Shown: positions 22,729 to 36,378 of the stretch, one piece after another
Position numbering within the stretch: position 1 is the first letter of the stretch
Layout of the letters: each line of letters begins with the position of its first letter
Source of the DNA: Phoronis australis
Taxonomy: Eukaryota; Animalia; Phoronida
NCBI GenBank assembly: GCA_002633005.1
Contig: NMRA01000413.1
Location: 51,251 to 115,250 of the forward strand
Direction of reading: 5' to 3'
Length of the DNA: 64,000 nt
Made by a program: the position numbers and the translations under genes
The notes under the pieces: generated by a model
Database searches by the model: none
What the model was told of the DNA's origin: nothing
What the model saw: only the letters and a program-made list of their open reading frames with translations

Positions 22729-23977
22729 TTCGCTGGTTCCCTGCGTGTTCGCTAGGAAGTAGAGAACACGCAGGAATCATTCAGTAGCACGCGTTTTATC
22801 CTGGTTGATGTAACCTCGGCAGTCATTGGTTAGCTTAACAACAAAGAAAGAAAATGGCGGACTATGAACGATGTTTAGGTGGCACTGAATAGTTAGGCTG
22901 CGGCCGCGGCCAATTTGCACTGCCAAAATATAGAAATTTTGGGGTAGGCCAAGTTTGGGGGCATTTTGTAGGTAGGCATTGCACGTAGGCTCAGTGAATG
23001 TGGTTTGTTTGTATTTGTGAACATGCTGTGAATAAAAAAAGGCCACTTTCTTGGCTGTAGCTGCACTCTTCTTCAAGATGGCGGCCCCCGGCTGCAATTG
23101 TGCATTGTTGGGTAGCGACCGAGAAATTGGCTGTGATTTTAGGTAGCCCTCAAACAAGCAAGAATTGCCAAAAAACTAGTTGGTTGACAGTACTTTTGGA
23201 CCACATTTTCGGAATCGGTAGGAAATTTGCTTTCAGACTTTAAGGTTGGTTTTAGTCGTGCATCGGCAGGGAAGTGGTGTTTTTCGGGTGAAAAGTGCCG
23301 ATTTTGCACTTTTTTGCCCTTATTTTTCTTAGTCTAGCTTGGTTTTCAGTGGGAATGAAATGGTCAAAAATACAAGAAAGAATAAAGTTTCTGTGCTCAT
23401 CTGCTGGGCTTTTTATGTGAAATAATTGAAAACATGCCATTCTTTGCATCCTGTTTTTGACAGAGTGAAGAAAAGGTTACAAATCAAGTGATGTGTGTTT
23501 TGCTAGGCAAAACCCAGTGAGAACTGTTCTGTGCCTCCTTAGCCTAAGTTGTCATGCAACTGAGTGGCGGGACAGCAAATTTTTCGTTTCTGCAGTAATG
23601 TTTAATATACTGGCGGGTGCTTGAAGCACATGCATGTACAATAAACACATATCTGGCCGACTTAAGCGGTACGTTTTTCATACTGTGTGAATACAGGACA
23701 GCAACATAAACAAAAGTCAGCGACACAGAGTAGAAAAATGCACTCCGAAAATTCACAACCACAATTTTCTTGAATATGAATTAAGCACCGATTTGTCTGT
23801 AAAGTAAACCACATTTACACTTCATCCATCAGTCATGCCAGTTTGTTTATGTAATGAGCTTCCTGTTGGGGATTCGGCCAGCCAATCAGAAACGCCGGTG
23901 TAAAAAAATTACGAGGAAAATTAAACGATACCTGCATGTTCTCTACCCCCTAGCGGACACTCAGGGAACCAGCGAGT
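22729..23977. mobile_element. Non-autonomous TIR element with ~9-bp TSD (Mutator-like by inference)
   Basis: ~45-bp TIRs TCGCTGGTTCCCTGCGTGTTCGCTAGGAAGTAGAGAACACGCAGG / CCTGCATGTTCTCTACCCCCTAGCGGACACTCAGGGAACCAGCGA; flanks TACGGAACG (22720-22728) and TACGGAATG (23978-23986). Confidence 0.82.
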
Positions 23978-24706
23978 TACGGAATGTAGTTCTGTGAGTA
24001 CGATGAAACTCGGTGAATTCCGCCGAGTTCCGGAAACACCTAACTCTAGCCAGGGGATGGTCTCGCCTCATTGATAAGTCACTGTTTTGCACTTCTGCAC
24101 TGTATATGGGTTTGTTTACGTTTTACTTGACCATTAACGTCGACCAGCAGACCAGAGCAACTGTGTGAGGTAAGATCGCTTACATTCTGTGTACATTATC
24201 TCAACCTCTGACTATAAAACATACGTTAATTGCCTCGCCTGCAATCCGGTGTTTTGTAGTCCGAGTCACAACAATGTCCTTCAAATCAACTTTCGGTAAG
24301 TATTAAAAGTACACTGTGCCAAGTGCATTCACATTCAAAGTTCTCGACCCAAGTGTTGTGATAGACTGATTCTCGGCAAGTCCACCACCACTACTGTAAA
24401 CAGGAACGAACAAGTTTGGAAAGAACAGTTTCGCCTGAGGCGTGATAAGCTCAGTGACCAGATGATAGCCACACCTGTGATGAAACTCAGACGTTGTCGA
24501 AGCCATAAAACCAGATGTGAAGGCCAGGATTAACCTAGAAGAAACCCTGGTGAGTTGATCCACTTTCCAATGATGACCCGATATTTCTGATACCCCGTTC
24601 ACAAGCTAGCTAACTTAAAACGCTAGCGTTTGTCAGCGTTTCGCTGGTATACATATGTATTGCAGAAACGCTATTGAGGTGAACGCTTACACTTTTACGT
24701 GGTTCA

Positions 24707-24812
24707 CATGGGCGCTGCACCATAGGGGTGCTGCGCCGCCCATGGTCTATGGGCGGTGCACCACAGGGGGGCTGGGGGGCTATATACCTTTTTCAGTGCT
24801 GCGCCGCCCATG
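24707..24812 (-). repeat. Small GC-rich palindromic repeat family (CATGGGCGGCGCAGCACTGAAA...), copy A
   Basis: The reverse complement of TTTCAGTGCTGCGCCGCCCATG recurs twice (one mismatch each) at 35703-35833. Confidence 0.65.
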
Positions 24813-27344
24813 CAACATCTTGCAAATGTGAATATTGGCTGTTGTGGTCGCAAGGACCGTATTCTGCCTTCAAAAATATGACCGCGTTACAAAATATTTT
24901 TACAACTCTACTAGTTACATATACCTCTCACATGACGAGTAAAATTTAAAAATTCTCTACCTAGCTATACGTGTGTATACGATAATGCCCTGGATTCAAG
25001 AGGGGGAGGGGAGTCCTGAACAATTGGTTGGACTTCAAAACCTGCAGGCTGGACTGCAAAACTAAATGGCCGGTGATCAAACGTCGTCCGGTCTTCAAAA
25101 CGCGATGGCCTCATCCAAAATCTAGTTGGTTGAACCCAAAACACGATGGCCGATGCTATAACCAGCTGGCCGGTAATCAAACACGACGGCCGAACTTATC
25201 ACAGACTCGCTTTGAAAGTAGAGCGGTCATTGTGTTTGAGCACCAGCCCAATTCGTTTTAGGTCCGGCCAACCATTTTTTTGGGTGAAGCCATCCGGTTC
25301 TAAGGTATCCGACATCGCGTTTTGAGGTCCGACCTCTAAAGTCCGGGTATAAGTGGTTTTGAAGTCATTGACATTATCTAAGTCCCTTTTTCAACTACAG
25401 GCGTCTACGTATCATACAAGGTCATCTTCCTCTAATACTGTGTTGTATCACGAGTAAAAACAAAGTCACGTGAGGAGCAGGCGTTTTTCCTATTCTTGTC
25501 CTTTACTCTACAATCTAAGTGACATCTAAAAGGACTCGAATTACCTAGATTCAGGACGAAAATTAAAAACATCATATACTAGCTGGAACTAGTTGCCCTG
25601 GTGATACATGCTTCAGTTAACAAACAAAAATATCACCTAAAAGCTGTGCTGTTATCAATACTTTAAAGTATTATTTGCCATTGTTATCCATTTTTTTCTT
25701 TATCGAATTTCATTTTTTGTTGAATCCCATTGTTATAGTTATTTGACCGTACACAAATGGGATGGAAGTAATACCACGAAGTATATACATGCATTGTGTC
25801 TTTATTACCGTAGCTCAAAGTGTACAGGTCTTTTCATGAATGTAGGTTTTACGTCTTTAGCTGCAGTGCCAGAAAAAAGTCCTCAATCAAATTATCTTGG
25901 TGCTATTATCACAGTTGAGCATGGAGTCGATTGCTGTGCAAACAGAATGTGGCAAAGAGAAAGCGCTGTGGCATGAGCATGAAGAATACAGCAGCTTCTG
26001 TGGAACAGGTGTCACACTGTGTTTGACAAACAGCAAATAGATATGCTGGCCCACTGGGTCAGTTACTTGAATATGAGACTACATCCACTGACATAGGGCC
26101 TATATATGAAAGTTTACTGGCCCCGGGCCACCATGTATTTCGAACGCTGGTCTCACACTGTCATTGTTTTCTTAATTCCAGCAAATGGAGTCTAATCACA
26201 TGCTTCTTTCAACGTATCCAGTACCTGACCTTGTATTGCACGCCAGATATTCAAATGATGGTCGATTGGGCTGGTTCATGGAGAATCAAACTTCGTAGGC
26301 TGTAAAGTTCAACGACCTTCGCCCAATAAAATTCTTTGCTCCTTCTTTTCCAGTTATGAAGATGACGTTTTCAACCAAAAATCGAGATTTTTGAATAATT
26401 ATTTACAATAAGGCATTTCCAATCTTTGGTTAAGTTTTTCGTAGTAACCGGTTCCTGTAAAAGAGGAAAGGAAAACAACGATCAAATATATGGGAATTCA
26501 GTAATGCTAGGACCTCACAAACATCTATCCAAAATCACGTGTTCTCATTTAAAATACACGGCGACATTTCACGTAAGTCTTGCTTTTCAGCGAAGTCCTA
26601 GCGTTACTGAACTCAAGGCAGTTTTGCCGGTGCTTCCATCAGGTTTTAGCAACCTGCAACATATGGGATTTTTTGCCGTAACAAAGAATGACTGCCAGGT
26701 CGAGTCCAGTTACGTATTTCTGACAGGTTTAGATTTTCACTGACTGTTATGTGGCATGACACAAACAACAACATGAAAGTGTCACGCATGGAGATACGAA
26801 TGCGTTTTTAGAGGAGATCAATCTTAATTTGATAACTTGAAAACTTTAAACCATTAAAAGAAAGTGCCCAGCGGGATTATGCCATTCAGTACTTGGCAAT
26901 TACATCGCACTGGATGCCGCAGGCATACAGGGCAATAGTACATCCCCACAAAAAGATGCGAATTTCAAAATACAGGAATTAAAATCAAATGAAACATGCA
27001 TTTATGCACATGGAGTTATAATTAACACACACCACAAGTCCGGAGAAGATTCAGTCAAGATAATTTGAACAAATCGATGAAAATCTCGCGGTTTGCTCGA
27101 GTTTCTCGTACCGGCTGTCATTCTGAGGAAGTTACGGGAAATCACGCATGTTGACGAATAAAAAGTCCAAGAGACCCAAATCTTACAAATTTCACCTGAT
27201 ACATTCCCATGCTATTTTGCAAGTATCACGCGCCAACGTCACGCTCTTCGCTCAGTCTCGCGCTAGCCTTTGCCTAACTCACGTGACTCAGTTGAAATAC
27301 TTTGTGGTTATCGCGCGCGTCGTGAAAAAGTTAACGGTGACCAG

Positions 27345-27745
27345 GGCCCGGTCTCCAATCTTTTTACTCGAAATGGAACTCGAAATTTGGTTTGGCATTT
27401 TGTACTCTACTTTTGGGCGAACTCAAGATAAGTGTCTATTATTCTATGCTCGAGTACACAATAACTTACGTGGATAATTTATTGCCCTTAGTTCACAGTT
27501 TGTAAACCCAATATTAAAGCAACAAGTTCGAGTTTGAACTCGAAATTTCGAGTTTTTACTCGAGTTTGTAGCACGAACATAAGGGTCTTCAAGGGCAAAC
27601 TTGAACTAGAAACTCCTATGCATAAACTATAATGTATTCGAGCACAGTCTGATAACCAATTATCTTAAGTTCGCACAAAAGGAGCAGAGAAATTGCCAAA
27701 AATAGTTTCGAGTTCGTTTCGAGTACAAAGATTAGAGACCGGGCC
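27345..27745 (+). mobile_element. PIF/Harbinger-like MITE with 3-bp CAG TSD
   Basis: ~40-bp TIRs GGCCCGGTCTCCAATCTTTTTACTCGAAA / TTTCGAGTACAAAGATTAGAGACCGGGCC; CAG at 27342-27344 and 27746-27748. Confidence 0.88.
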
Positions 27746-29399
27746 CAGGAGTTGGAATTCTTCGCCAAAGTCACCTTAATTCTCGTAACTAAGCTTCATC
27801 GAAGATATGTGCAGGAGTAGAAAGGACCACTGAAGAAAGTAAGCTGCGTCTTTTTTAAGCGATAGTTTCATGTGGACTGTATTTTTGACGAGGTGAAAAC
27901 TCCTACTCGGTGGCCGGATTTGGCCTGCCGCCCGTTTAAAATACGCGGGACGAAATTCGTACACAAAGCGATGGGAAGTATTGTTGCTACGTGTTGCCTA
28001 ATTCAGTACCAGTCCAATGTGGCAAAAGGTTGACCCAGATAAATGTTAACACCTGACCTGATGCGGGAAACTCCGAATACTTGAAACCGCAACGGTCTTT
28101 TTTTACAATTCAATTTGGACCAAAAATGTAAAAATGTGGTGATTTTCTACTGTATATTACCAACAGGACTGATTCCACATCAGGGCTTAACGCCAAAATG
28201 AATGATTAAAACGGGAAATGCGAAACTTTTGAACAGATGACTCTGTGAGCTAGTAGTTGTAAGCCTACGCTGGAGACAGGAAAAAGTTTACTGCGTGGGC
28301 CTCGGTTCGCTTTTCACAAAACATGGACAAAAATTAAGTGGATTTACATGTATCTTTTGCACTGTACTAAAGACTGGAATAAAGGCTGAGAGCTTGCCCA
28401 CTTACCCCTAATATAAAAGTACTTTTAACGGAACAAATAATCGAGGAACTATCACTTCGTCATCATGGTTTCTCAGCACCTGACCGCAGCACACAGATTA
28501 CGCCTACGCGGCGTCGAACGGGTGCGCATTTAAGATACCGAGGCCTCCCCTGTGCTTTACTCGAATTTCCGAAAATTATTCAAACTTGACTGTAGTTTCT
28601 TTGAATTCTCTCTCCGAATATTGAGCACGCCGCGTAAACTGTAAACGCAGGCGGCGGACGAATACCCCCGAATTGTGTTTGATTTCGAGAAAGTAGCGCG
28701 TACGCCGGATCGTCTGAGGCCACGACTCAGTAAGACAAAGAAAAAAAACGCCGAGAATTTGCGGCCACAGAACCTGGCGGTTTTCCGTCGCGGAAACAAT
28801 TGAGAAGGAGGCGTCGGGCGGGGGCGGGTGTCCTCGCGGCCGCTCTTGAGAAGTTTCTGTCCGACGGAGTCGAACGGCAGTTGCCCACCCAACATCCGGG
28901 TCCGAAATTAGCGTTTTAATATGTAGATTATTCAAAGCATACTGCACTTAGAACCTTTTATTACCAATGGCATATTTTAACGTAATCTGTTTTAAGTTCC
29001 GGTAACCTGTCATTTCAGGTATTCCTCAGTTTAAACTAATGAAATTTTATACGTTTAGTTTCGTACTTATTATCTAGTTTTTGTTGTTTTTATATATTGC
29101 CACATACTTTGCTTCTACGTTTCTATTAATTTTATTGTTTATTATATTTGTTTTGCTTGTAATTTTACCATCTAATGTGTAGCCTTGTTTTTTAAAGTGC
29201 CGTCAGAATAACTTTTAGTTGAGGGACATTGAAAGCTTTTAATATTAATAATGATGACGATGACGATGATGGTGATGATTATAAATCATAAAATTGTTTT
29301 GGACATAAAGCACGGATTCATGTTTCGTTGAGGAAAAATGCTCCTTGTGTGCAAGACATGGTATAGAGCAAAGACAACTATGCCTTTTTGACCTGAGAT

Positions 29400-29669
29400 C
29401 ATGCGCGCACCCAGCCTTTAAATAGGGGGGGAGCTAGAATTGCTGACGATGTGTACCTTTAGGTGCCAAAAAAGCGGCAGGACTTTAAAAAACGGGTTAC
29501 CAGAACTGTGAATTGTGCGTCTGCGCCTTTTTGGTGGACTTTGTCTTGTTTCCTGGGACTTTTTGTTTCTCTGTGGCGGACCTTTTTGTCCACTTCGCCA
29601 GATGTGGGGGGGCTCGTTCGAGCCCCCCAAGGCCCCCCCCCCCCCGCNCCCCCCCCGGATGCGTGCATG
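29400..29669 (+). mobile_element. MITE with CATG termini and 7-bp TSD (CTGAGAT)
   Basis: CATGCGCGCACCC / GGATGCGTGCATG; CTGAGAT at 29393-29399 and 29670-29676; inverted relative at about 58570-58792. Confidence 0.85.
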
Positions 29670-30110
29670 CTGAGATAGACAATGAAGCATGATTAAAATG
29701 TGCAAAGTTGAACGGAATTACCCGAACTTTGTATCAGGGGACACTCGACAGTTGTTCGGAGCTCTTTCATAGCAAACACTTCTATTTTATGATGTGGGTG
29801 TAATTTTCTTTTGCTTTTGTTATCGCTATAAATCCGCGAGGCCAATGACCCCAACCTCCTTGAAGAATTACTTCAATTTAAGAACCAACACCAACCATGT
29901 CATCACTTTCAAGAGCTGCATTACTATCACAAGGTTACATGCCGGGCATGAATGTTTGTTATTTAATTGTTCAGGCATAATGTCTAAAACAAAGTTATTT
30001 GGTTATAGTATTTAATGGACATTCTTGGCGAGAAATTTCATTTTAATAAAATTTACAGTAGCTCTGCAGTAGCAGCCTAACGCGCTGCCGCTGAGCCTTA
30101 TCGCAAAGAT

Positions 30111-30300
30111 ATCTGCCTTGATTTCAGCGAATCTCGACAGAAGACGGAAACAATTGACGATTTGTAATAAAATCACAAGAAACAAAGAATTTTGTTGTTA
30201 TATATGTTTGGTCAATGCTAACAACTTCAAGAAGACTCTAGTATCCCATCTAACAATAACCACAAAAATAAAATTAAGTTTTCGTTCGTAAAACCGATAA
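30111..30300 (+). repeat. Interspersed repeat, copy B (paralog of 20006-20190)
   Basis: Same conserved blocks as copy A. Confidence 0.7.
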
Positions 30301-33025
30301 TGACAGAAAAGTGAACTTTTGTATAATTTGGCCTAGAAAATTAAATTTAAACTGAAACTGGATGAGGAATACAATCAGTTAACAAATGAAACAGGCTACA
30401 AGATTTTGAAAATTCACCCAAGAAGAACATTGCAAAAACAATTGCGGATTCTTTCACTCGTCGTCTGACAAATCATTGCGTCTCAAGCCTACATTTTTTA
30501 CCTGCCTTTGTGCAGCTTTTCAAAAAAAACAAGAAAACGCGAAACCTTATCTGAAATTGATGCGGGTACTGTTTCTAGTCGGTGACCTCATCTTAGTCGA
30601 CAAGGGCAGGCCTCAAAATGCAGCTGGCTACGGACCAGAACCAGAACCAGAACCAACTTTGCTCTTTTTTGGCCTTATGCTGCAGTAGTAATCATTCCAC
30701 CAGAAGCCACTATTTCTGAGATATTTATTCGCGACATTAACCGCTCAGTCGTCTTGACCACTGGCATAGCAACACCTACTTTATTGTGAATGGAGTTCCC
30801 ATCAAGATTCGAGTCCCAAGATCTTCCTGTTGACAAACTATTGGTTTTCCACTACACCACCAGCGCTTCACCGAAGTCGTTTATCTTTTAAGCCAGGGGC
30901 GTGTTTCAAGACACTGACTTAAGTTCATTTTTGACTTAAGTTTAAGAATTCCAAACTTTGAAACTTCTACATTCTGTTAATTAGTGAAATTTAAGACAAA
31001 ACTTACTTCACACAGTTAATTGGTTTTGAGACAAATTTAACTTTTATTTTAAAATTTACTAAAATTTAGGATTTGTCTTAGCTACGTCAGTTTTGTTGGA
31101 ACGGACAGTCATCCGGATTCTCATAATCATAGTTTGTTTTTAAACAACTGCAAAATATAAACCGCTTGGTGAATGCATCGCACACTATTACACAAAAGGC
31201 TGGGTTTCCAAGGTTGTTCATTACGTTCATTACACTGCGCAGCTTATATAACTTTTAGCGTGTGCACGGTGAACACGCTAACATGCAGCTGTTTTGTAGA
31301 TTGTTTTGCATTAAAAACTACCGTTTTATGACAAACATGTTATCTCTCCAAAATATAATCGATTGTTCCCTTGTCCATTCCGTGCATCTCCTTCCAGATT
31401 TTTTATTTCAAAATCTCTCCACAGCATTTAAGGTGACTGACGGAATGTGTGATCGGCAATTCGTCTTATGATCGAAAGCTCAAACACAGCCTCTTTCATA
31501 AATTACTTAGTAGACGTAAAAATATAGTAAAATAGTTATTGACTTTCACTCTGCTTCCGTCACTGTTACATTTTGGGGTCTGAAAACCAACATAGTGACC
31601 TCAATGAAGGTCAGTAATTGTATAGTATTATACAATTACTGACTTTCATCGAAGTAGATATGTTCCATTGGTTATCAGACCCCAAATAAGTAATAACGAC
31701 TGAGACTTCGCCTCGGTCATCACATTTTGGGGTCTTAAAGCTGAACTATTGATCGGCAGTGAAAGTTCAGGATTCCTATACTTTACGATCGGATGTCTGC
31801 GACGTTTGCGGTATTCATGATCAATAGATGGCACTGCTAGATTTGTGCATACATGTAAAGTCTCGAGGATTGTGAAAGACCTATGGACAAAAATAAGTAT
31901 TTGAAATTGCCAACTTCATGTCCAATTCCGCAATTACTAAATAAATATCTTACCGTGACGTAATCAGGGATAATGAAGTGGAGTAAAATTACAAGAATTT
32001 ATGTCAGATAACAGTTCAGCAGTTGTTTGGAGTACTTTCATTAAAATACTTCGATTTTTACGGGAATGTGTTTTTCGTTAACTTTCATTTTTGCAAAAAA
32101 TCTGCGAAGCTAATACTTTAATTAGTAAAATACTGGAAATAATTATAAGCTTTTCAACAATAAATATTCAGTTTTAGCTTAAAGTCAATCAAAACAAGGC
32201 TAGCATGAATGTAACACTACTGAATTTTCTTGACATCTTCTTGAAATTAAAAACTTAAATTTGCTCTGGTATATTTCTGCGTGTGCTAGACTTTTTTCAG
32301 TAGGTCTTGTTTTGGTAAAATATCTATTTTGAAGTGCTTTTGACGATATATGCTGTAATTTTTTAATTGGGGTTGCAATAAGATAACCCGTTGCTGGTTA
32401 CTGACAAATGTTTTTTTTTAATCTTTTTTAATCTTGATATAGCTTTTTGCCACATGCTTCGCTGAGCCTTTTTCAATCTCAGCAGCATTGCTCTTGCCCC
32501 GCGTCCTCGCATAATAATTTTGAGCTGGAAAATACCAAAGTTCCCTTGACGCCTCCCGACTATGGGGCCTAGAAAGGCACGTGTATCCGGCTTCTTGCGG
32601 TCTATCGGTTTTCTGATATCAGACTCAGCGTATAGAATCGCAGGCATAACCTCTTTGGTCGCATTCCAACACTTTGCTGGTATGCGGCAGTAGGACCTTA
32701 TCAATTTGTTGGAGGTATTTAGCCAAATACCTACAAATCTACAGGTTTTAACCCAGTAAAAATATATATTTTCTGACTGAAGAAAGCCTGTAGAATGTGA
32801 TTTTTGACTTCATACCAGTCTGCTACTTATTGAGTCACGTGATCATATCTTTTTAGTGGAACTTGGGGGTTAGGATTCGAGCGGAAGAAAGGTCGGGAGG
32901 GGGTTTCCCTCCTCTCGTGTAAGATTTTTTGGTGGTTTTTAGTACCTGATTTCGTTTTTCTGGCGAATTTTTTTTCAGTTGTTATCATATGATCCTGTTC
33001 CGAGGGGGGGGGGGGGGGGTTGAAC

Positions 33026-33907
33026 NNNNNNNNNNNNNNNNNNNNNNNNNNNNNNNNNNNNNNNNNNNNNNNNNNNNNNNNNNNNNNNNNNNNNNNNNNN
33101 NNNNNNNNNNNNNNNNNNNNNNNNNNNNNNNNNNNNNNNNNNNNNNNNNNNNNNNNNNNNNNNNNNNNNNNNNNNNNNNNNNNNNNNNNNNNNNNNNNNN
33201 NNNNNNNNNNNNNNNNNNNNNNNNNNNNNNNNNNNNNNNNNNNNNNNNNNNNNNNNNNNNNNNNNNNNNNNNNNNNNNNNNNNNNNNNNNNNNNNNNNNN
33301 NNNNNNNNNNNNNNNNNNNNNNNNNNNNNNNNNNNNNNNNNNNNNNNNNNNNNNNNNNNNNNNNNNNNNNNNNNNNNNNNNNNNNNNNNNNNNNNNNNNN
33401 NNNNNNNNNNNNNNNNNNNNNNNNNNNNNNNNNNNNNNNNNNNNNNNNNNNNNNNNNNNNNNNNNNNNNNNNNNNNNNNNNNNNNNNNNNNNNNNNNNNN
33501 NNNNNNNNNNNNNNNNNNNNNNNNNNNNNNNNNNNNNNNNNNNNNNNNNNNNNNNNNNNNNNNNNNNNNNNNNNNNNNNNNNNNNNNNNNNNNNNNNNNN
33601 NNNNNNNNNNNNNNNNNNNNNNNNNNNNNNNNNNNNNNNNNNNNNNNNNNNNNNNNNNNNNNNNNNNNNNNNNNNNNNNNNNNNNNNNNNNNNNNNNNNN
33701 NNNNNNNNNNNNNNNNNNNNNNNNNNNNNNNNNNNNNNNNNNNNNNNNNNNNNNNNNNNNNNNNNNNNNNNNNNNNNNNNNNNNNNNNNNNNNNNNNNNN
33801 NNNNNNNNNNNNNNNNNNNNNNNNNNNNNNNNNNNNNNNNNNNNNNNNNNNNNNNNNNNNNNNNNNNNNNNNNNNNNNNNNNNNNNNNNNNNNNNNNNNN
33901 NNNNNNN
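33026..33907. other. Assembly gap (882 N)
   Basis: N run following a poly-G GGGGTTGAAC MITE-like end. Confidence 0.99.
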
Positions 33908-34198
33908 TGGCCACCATTCCCGTACGTTTCTTCATAGTATTCGTTCAATTTTTGCTCATAATCGTCGTCGCTTTCAAATTCCCTGCTTTCCGCCATTGTT
34001 CAATGCTAGTCACTAATCTCTTGTGTTCAACCCATGACGTCACATGGCGGGAAATGTGAAAATTGGCAAAATTGAAAGAAAAATCAAAATTTCGAGCTAA
34101 TTACACAAAATAAACATGGGTTTGGCTAAATTTTACGTCATACATTTAGTTTATGGCCACCTGTAATTCAAAATGTGCAAAAATCCATGGTGTACCGT
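33908..34198 (-). mobile_element. End of a Kolobok-like element with the start of an acidic ORF (MAESREFESDDDYEQKLNEYYEETYGNGG...) running into the gap
   Basis: Terminus AAAAATCCATGGTGTACCGT followed by TTAA (34199-34202); subterminal TGACGTCA; minus-strand ATG at 33996 in good context (ACAATGGCGG). Confidence 0.45.
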
Positions 34199-35166
34199 TT
34201 AAAGCATGGTAACAAAAGTTTCGTATGAATTCAATGAGCCATTTCTGAGATGTAAGGTTCCGTTGTGTTTTTGCGAGTGTGTCCGGGACATTCTGCAGAG
34301 GACTAGCGTCTCCTATGGCGGCTGCTGAAGCGCCGAATGGTCGGTGAGGTTGAAATGATTGGGATAGAATCTAATGTTTCAGCGAATATTAATTTCTAGT
34401 AGCAAGTGCAGCTCCAGTGTCTTGAATCTCCAGAACGCAACCGGTGCAACCCAACTTGTGACTCAGTGACGTCGTGACCTCTTTCGATCAGCTGCGTGCG
34501 TGTTGTTTGTTGTGACTACTGGCGCGAAAGCGACGAATATCTGACAATCTTGAACTAATTTTTGCCTGGTAGAGAGTTGCGCTTCCTTGGAGAATTGAAA
34601 TCGCAGATCAACTGCAGTTAGGTTATATCTACCGTTTCCTGCTATGGATGTTGGTAGACTCGCAATACTGTTAGGCACGAAGAGAGAAACATAATGCATT
34701 TCATTAGGCTATATATTAAATTTGCCTCGAGACTCACTTAGGCGCGGCGAGACGAGACAGTCACTGAACCATGCGGGTGAGCACGAGCAGTATGTCACGT
34801 GTCTTTCTGTTTTTTATCCGAATGAAACATGAAATTCGGCGTGGCATGAATGTTTAAATCGCCATGACGTGAAAGCCAGCCGTGAATGAAAGAACGACTC
34901 GGTGGCGTTTTAGGCGCCGCCAACCACCTTTGGCATTTGAACGTAGCGGCTACGCATCGTAAGTTACGTTCAGTGCGTAAGGTGATACGGTGGGCTTTGG
35001 GCCCTACTTACTTCTAATTTTACCACGACAGCACTGCTAGCCACTTTTGTGTTCCGGCTGCCTTGCGACTGGAAGGAATCCCATAGCTGACTGAACGTCA
35101 GGCAAACGATAGATTAGCCACTGTCAATTGGCGTTTTTGCAAGAATTTCGACGTAGTTTACGGGCC

Positions 35167-35648
35167 GGGATCGCCTCGATAGTCCGAAGCGTGATTGGTC
35201 CGAAGAGTCGATACTCCGAAATAAAGTTCCCGCTGCAGACCTGAGTCCGAAGCCAGAGCCAGTGGTCCGGAATTCCGGCCAGGTGCCGAGAAAAGCGGCG
35301 AACGACTCACTTATTTACCAATTTCACACTTTGACGAATTTCTTGGATTTTAGGCTGCTATTTCTGGTAATGAATTTATATATCTCCGAATTTATGTGCG
35401 TTGCATTTTATTCGATAACTTAAAGGATTAAAAACATTTTTATGGTTTTACTTATCTAATTAATGACTCTTGATAACCTTGTTATATTTCTTGATCCAGG
35501 AATGGGCCTTGTGGACCAAAGGCCTGTCGGGTTATTGTCCCTTCAGTCTAACGATCAAAACAATACAAGTAACAGGTCATGAATTTTTGCGAAAGTGCTA
35601 TAAGTTCAAACATTTTTCGGGCTATCGGCTCTTCGGACTATCAGACCA
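35167..35648. mobile_element. Old TIR element with reiterated inverted subterminal motifs
   Basis: GATAGTCCGAAG / GGTCCGAAG repeats at 35178-35220 vs TTCGGGCTATC / CTTCGGACTATC at 35616-35642. Confidence 0.55.
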
Positions 35649-35702
35649 GTGGAGCTATACATCTCTAGTCCCTGTAGGAGAAGAATATTTAAGATACATG
35701 TA

Positions 35703-35833
35703 CATGAGCGGCGCAGCACTGAAATAAGTTGGGGGATAGTGGTGCGCGCCAACCATGCCCATGGGCAGCGCAGCACTGAAATAAGTATGGGACTATAGCC
35801 CCAGCAACCCGCATGGCGCGGTGTGCCGCCCAT
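35703..35833 (+). repeat. Small GC-rich palindromic repeat family, copy B (internally duplicated)
   Basis: GCGCAGCACTGAAATAAGT twice (35712, 35768); ends GCCGCCCAT. Confidence 0.65.
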
Positions 35834-36378
35834 CGCTTTCCGCCGGTTCGTGGCATTCAACATACCTTTGGGATACTTAGGACTACAATAAATATTTCTC
35901 TCACGTCAACCAGCTACCCAGGATTGACATTCGGCAGTACAGTGCGGCACTCCCAAATGAGAACAAAGTCAACAAAGCGATCACAATGATTTCATTCATA
36001 AAACTGCCTTTCGTTATGCTAAGCCCTACATCCGGGTTCTCGTTCACGTTCTTTGAGAAAGTGATGGATCAGTCCACTACTTTTGAAAGGTAAACCTGAA
36101 TTGCATTTAGCACTGTTTTTCTGTCAAAAAAGAACAATTGATTCCCAAAAGTAAATACCAATTTTTCCTTTTAACTATTTGCTTTAAAGTTTAAGATCGT
36201 ATATGCAAATCATTATTGTAATTAAACTATTTACAAAACTGTGACCTTTGCTCCCTATACAAAAACCCATTAGTATAGCAAACGTCCTCTACATACTCAT
36301 TACTTAGGACTTCGTCTGCCGTAGCAGTGGGTGATATTTAAGTACTGTTCATTTTTGTGAGCACTGTAGGAGTGAAAA

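Noticed and set aside
24303-24602. 99-aa minus-strand ORF
   Set aside because: No recognisable domain, a non-ATG start and no convincing splice partners.
32827-34059. ORFs of 305-389 aa
   Set aside because: Almost entirely X from the gap; only the 29-aa minus-strand start is kept as a low-confidence finding.
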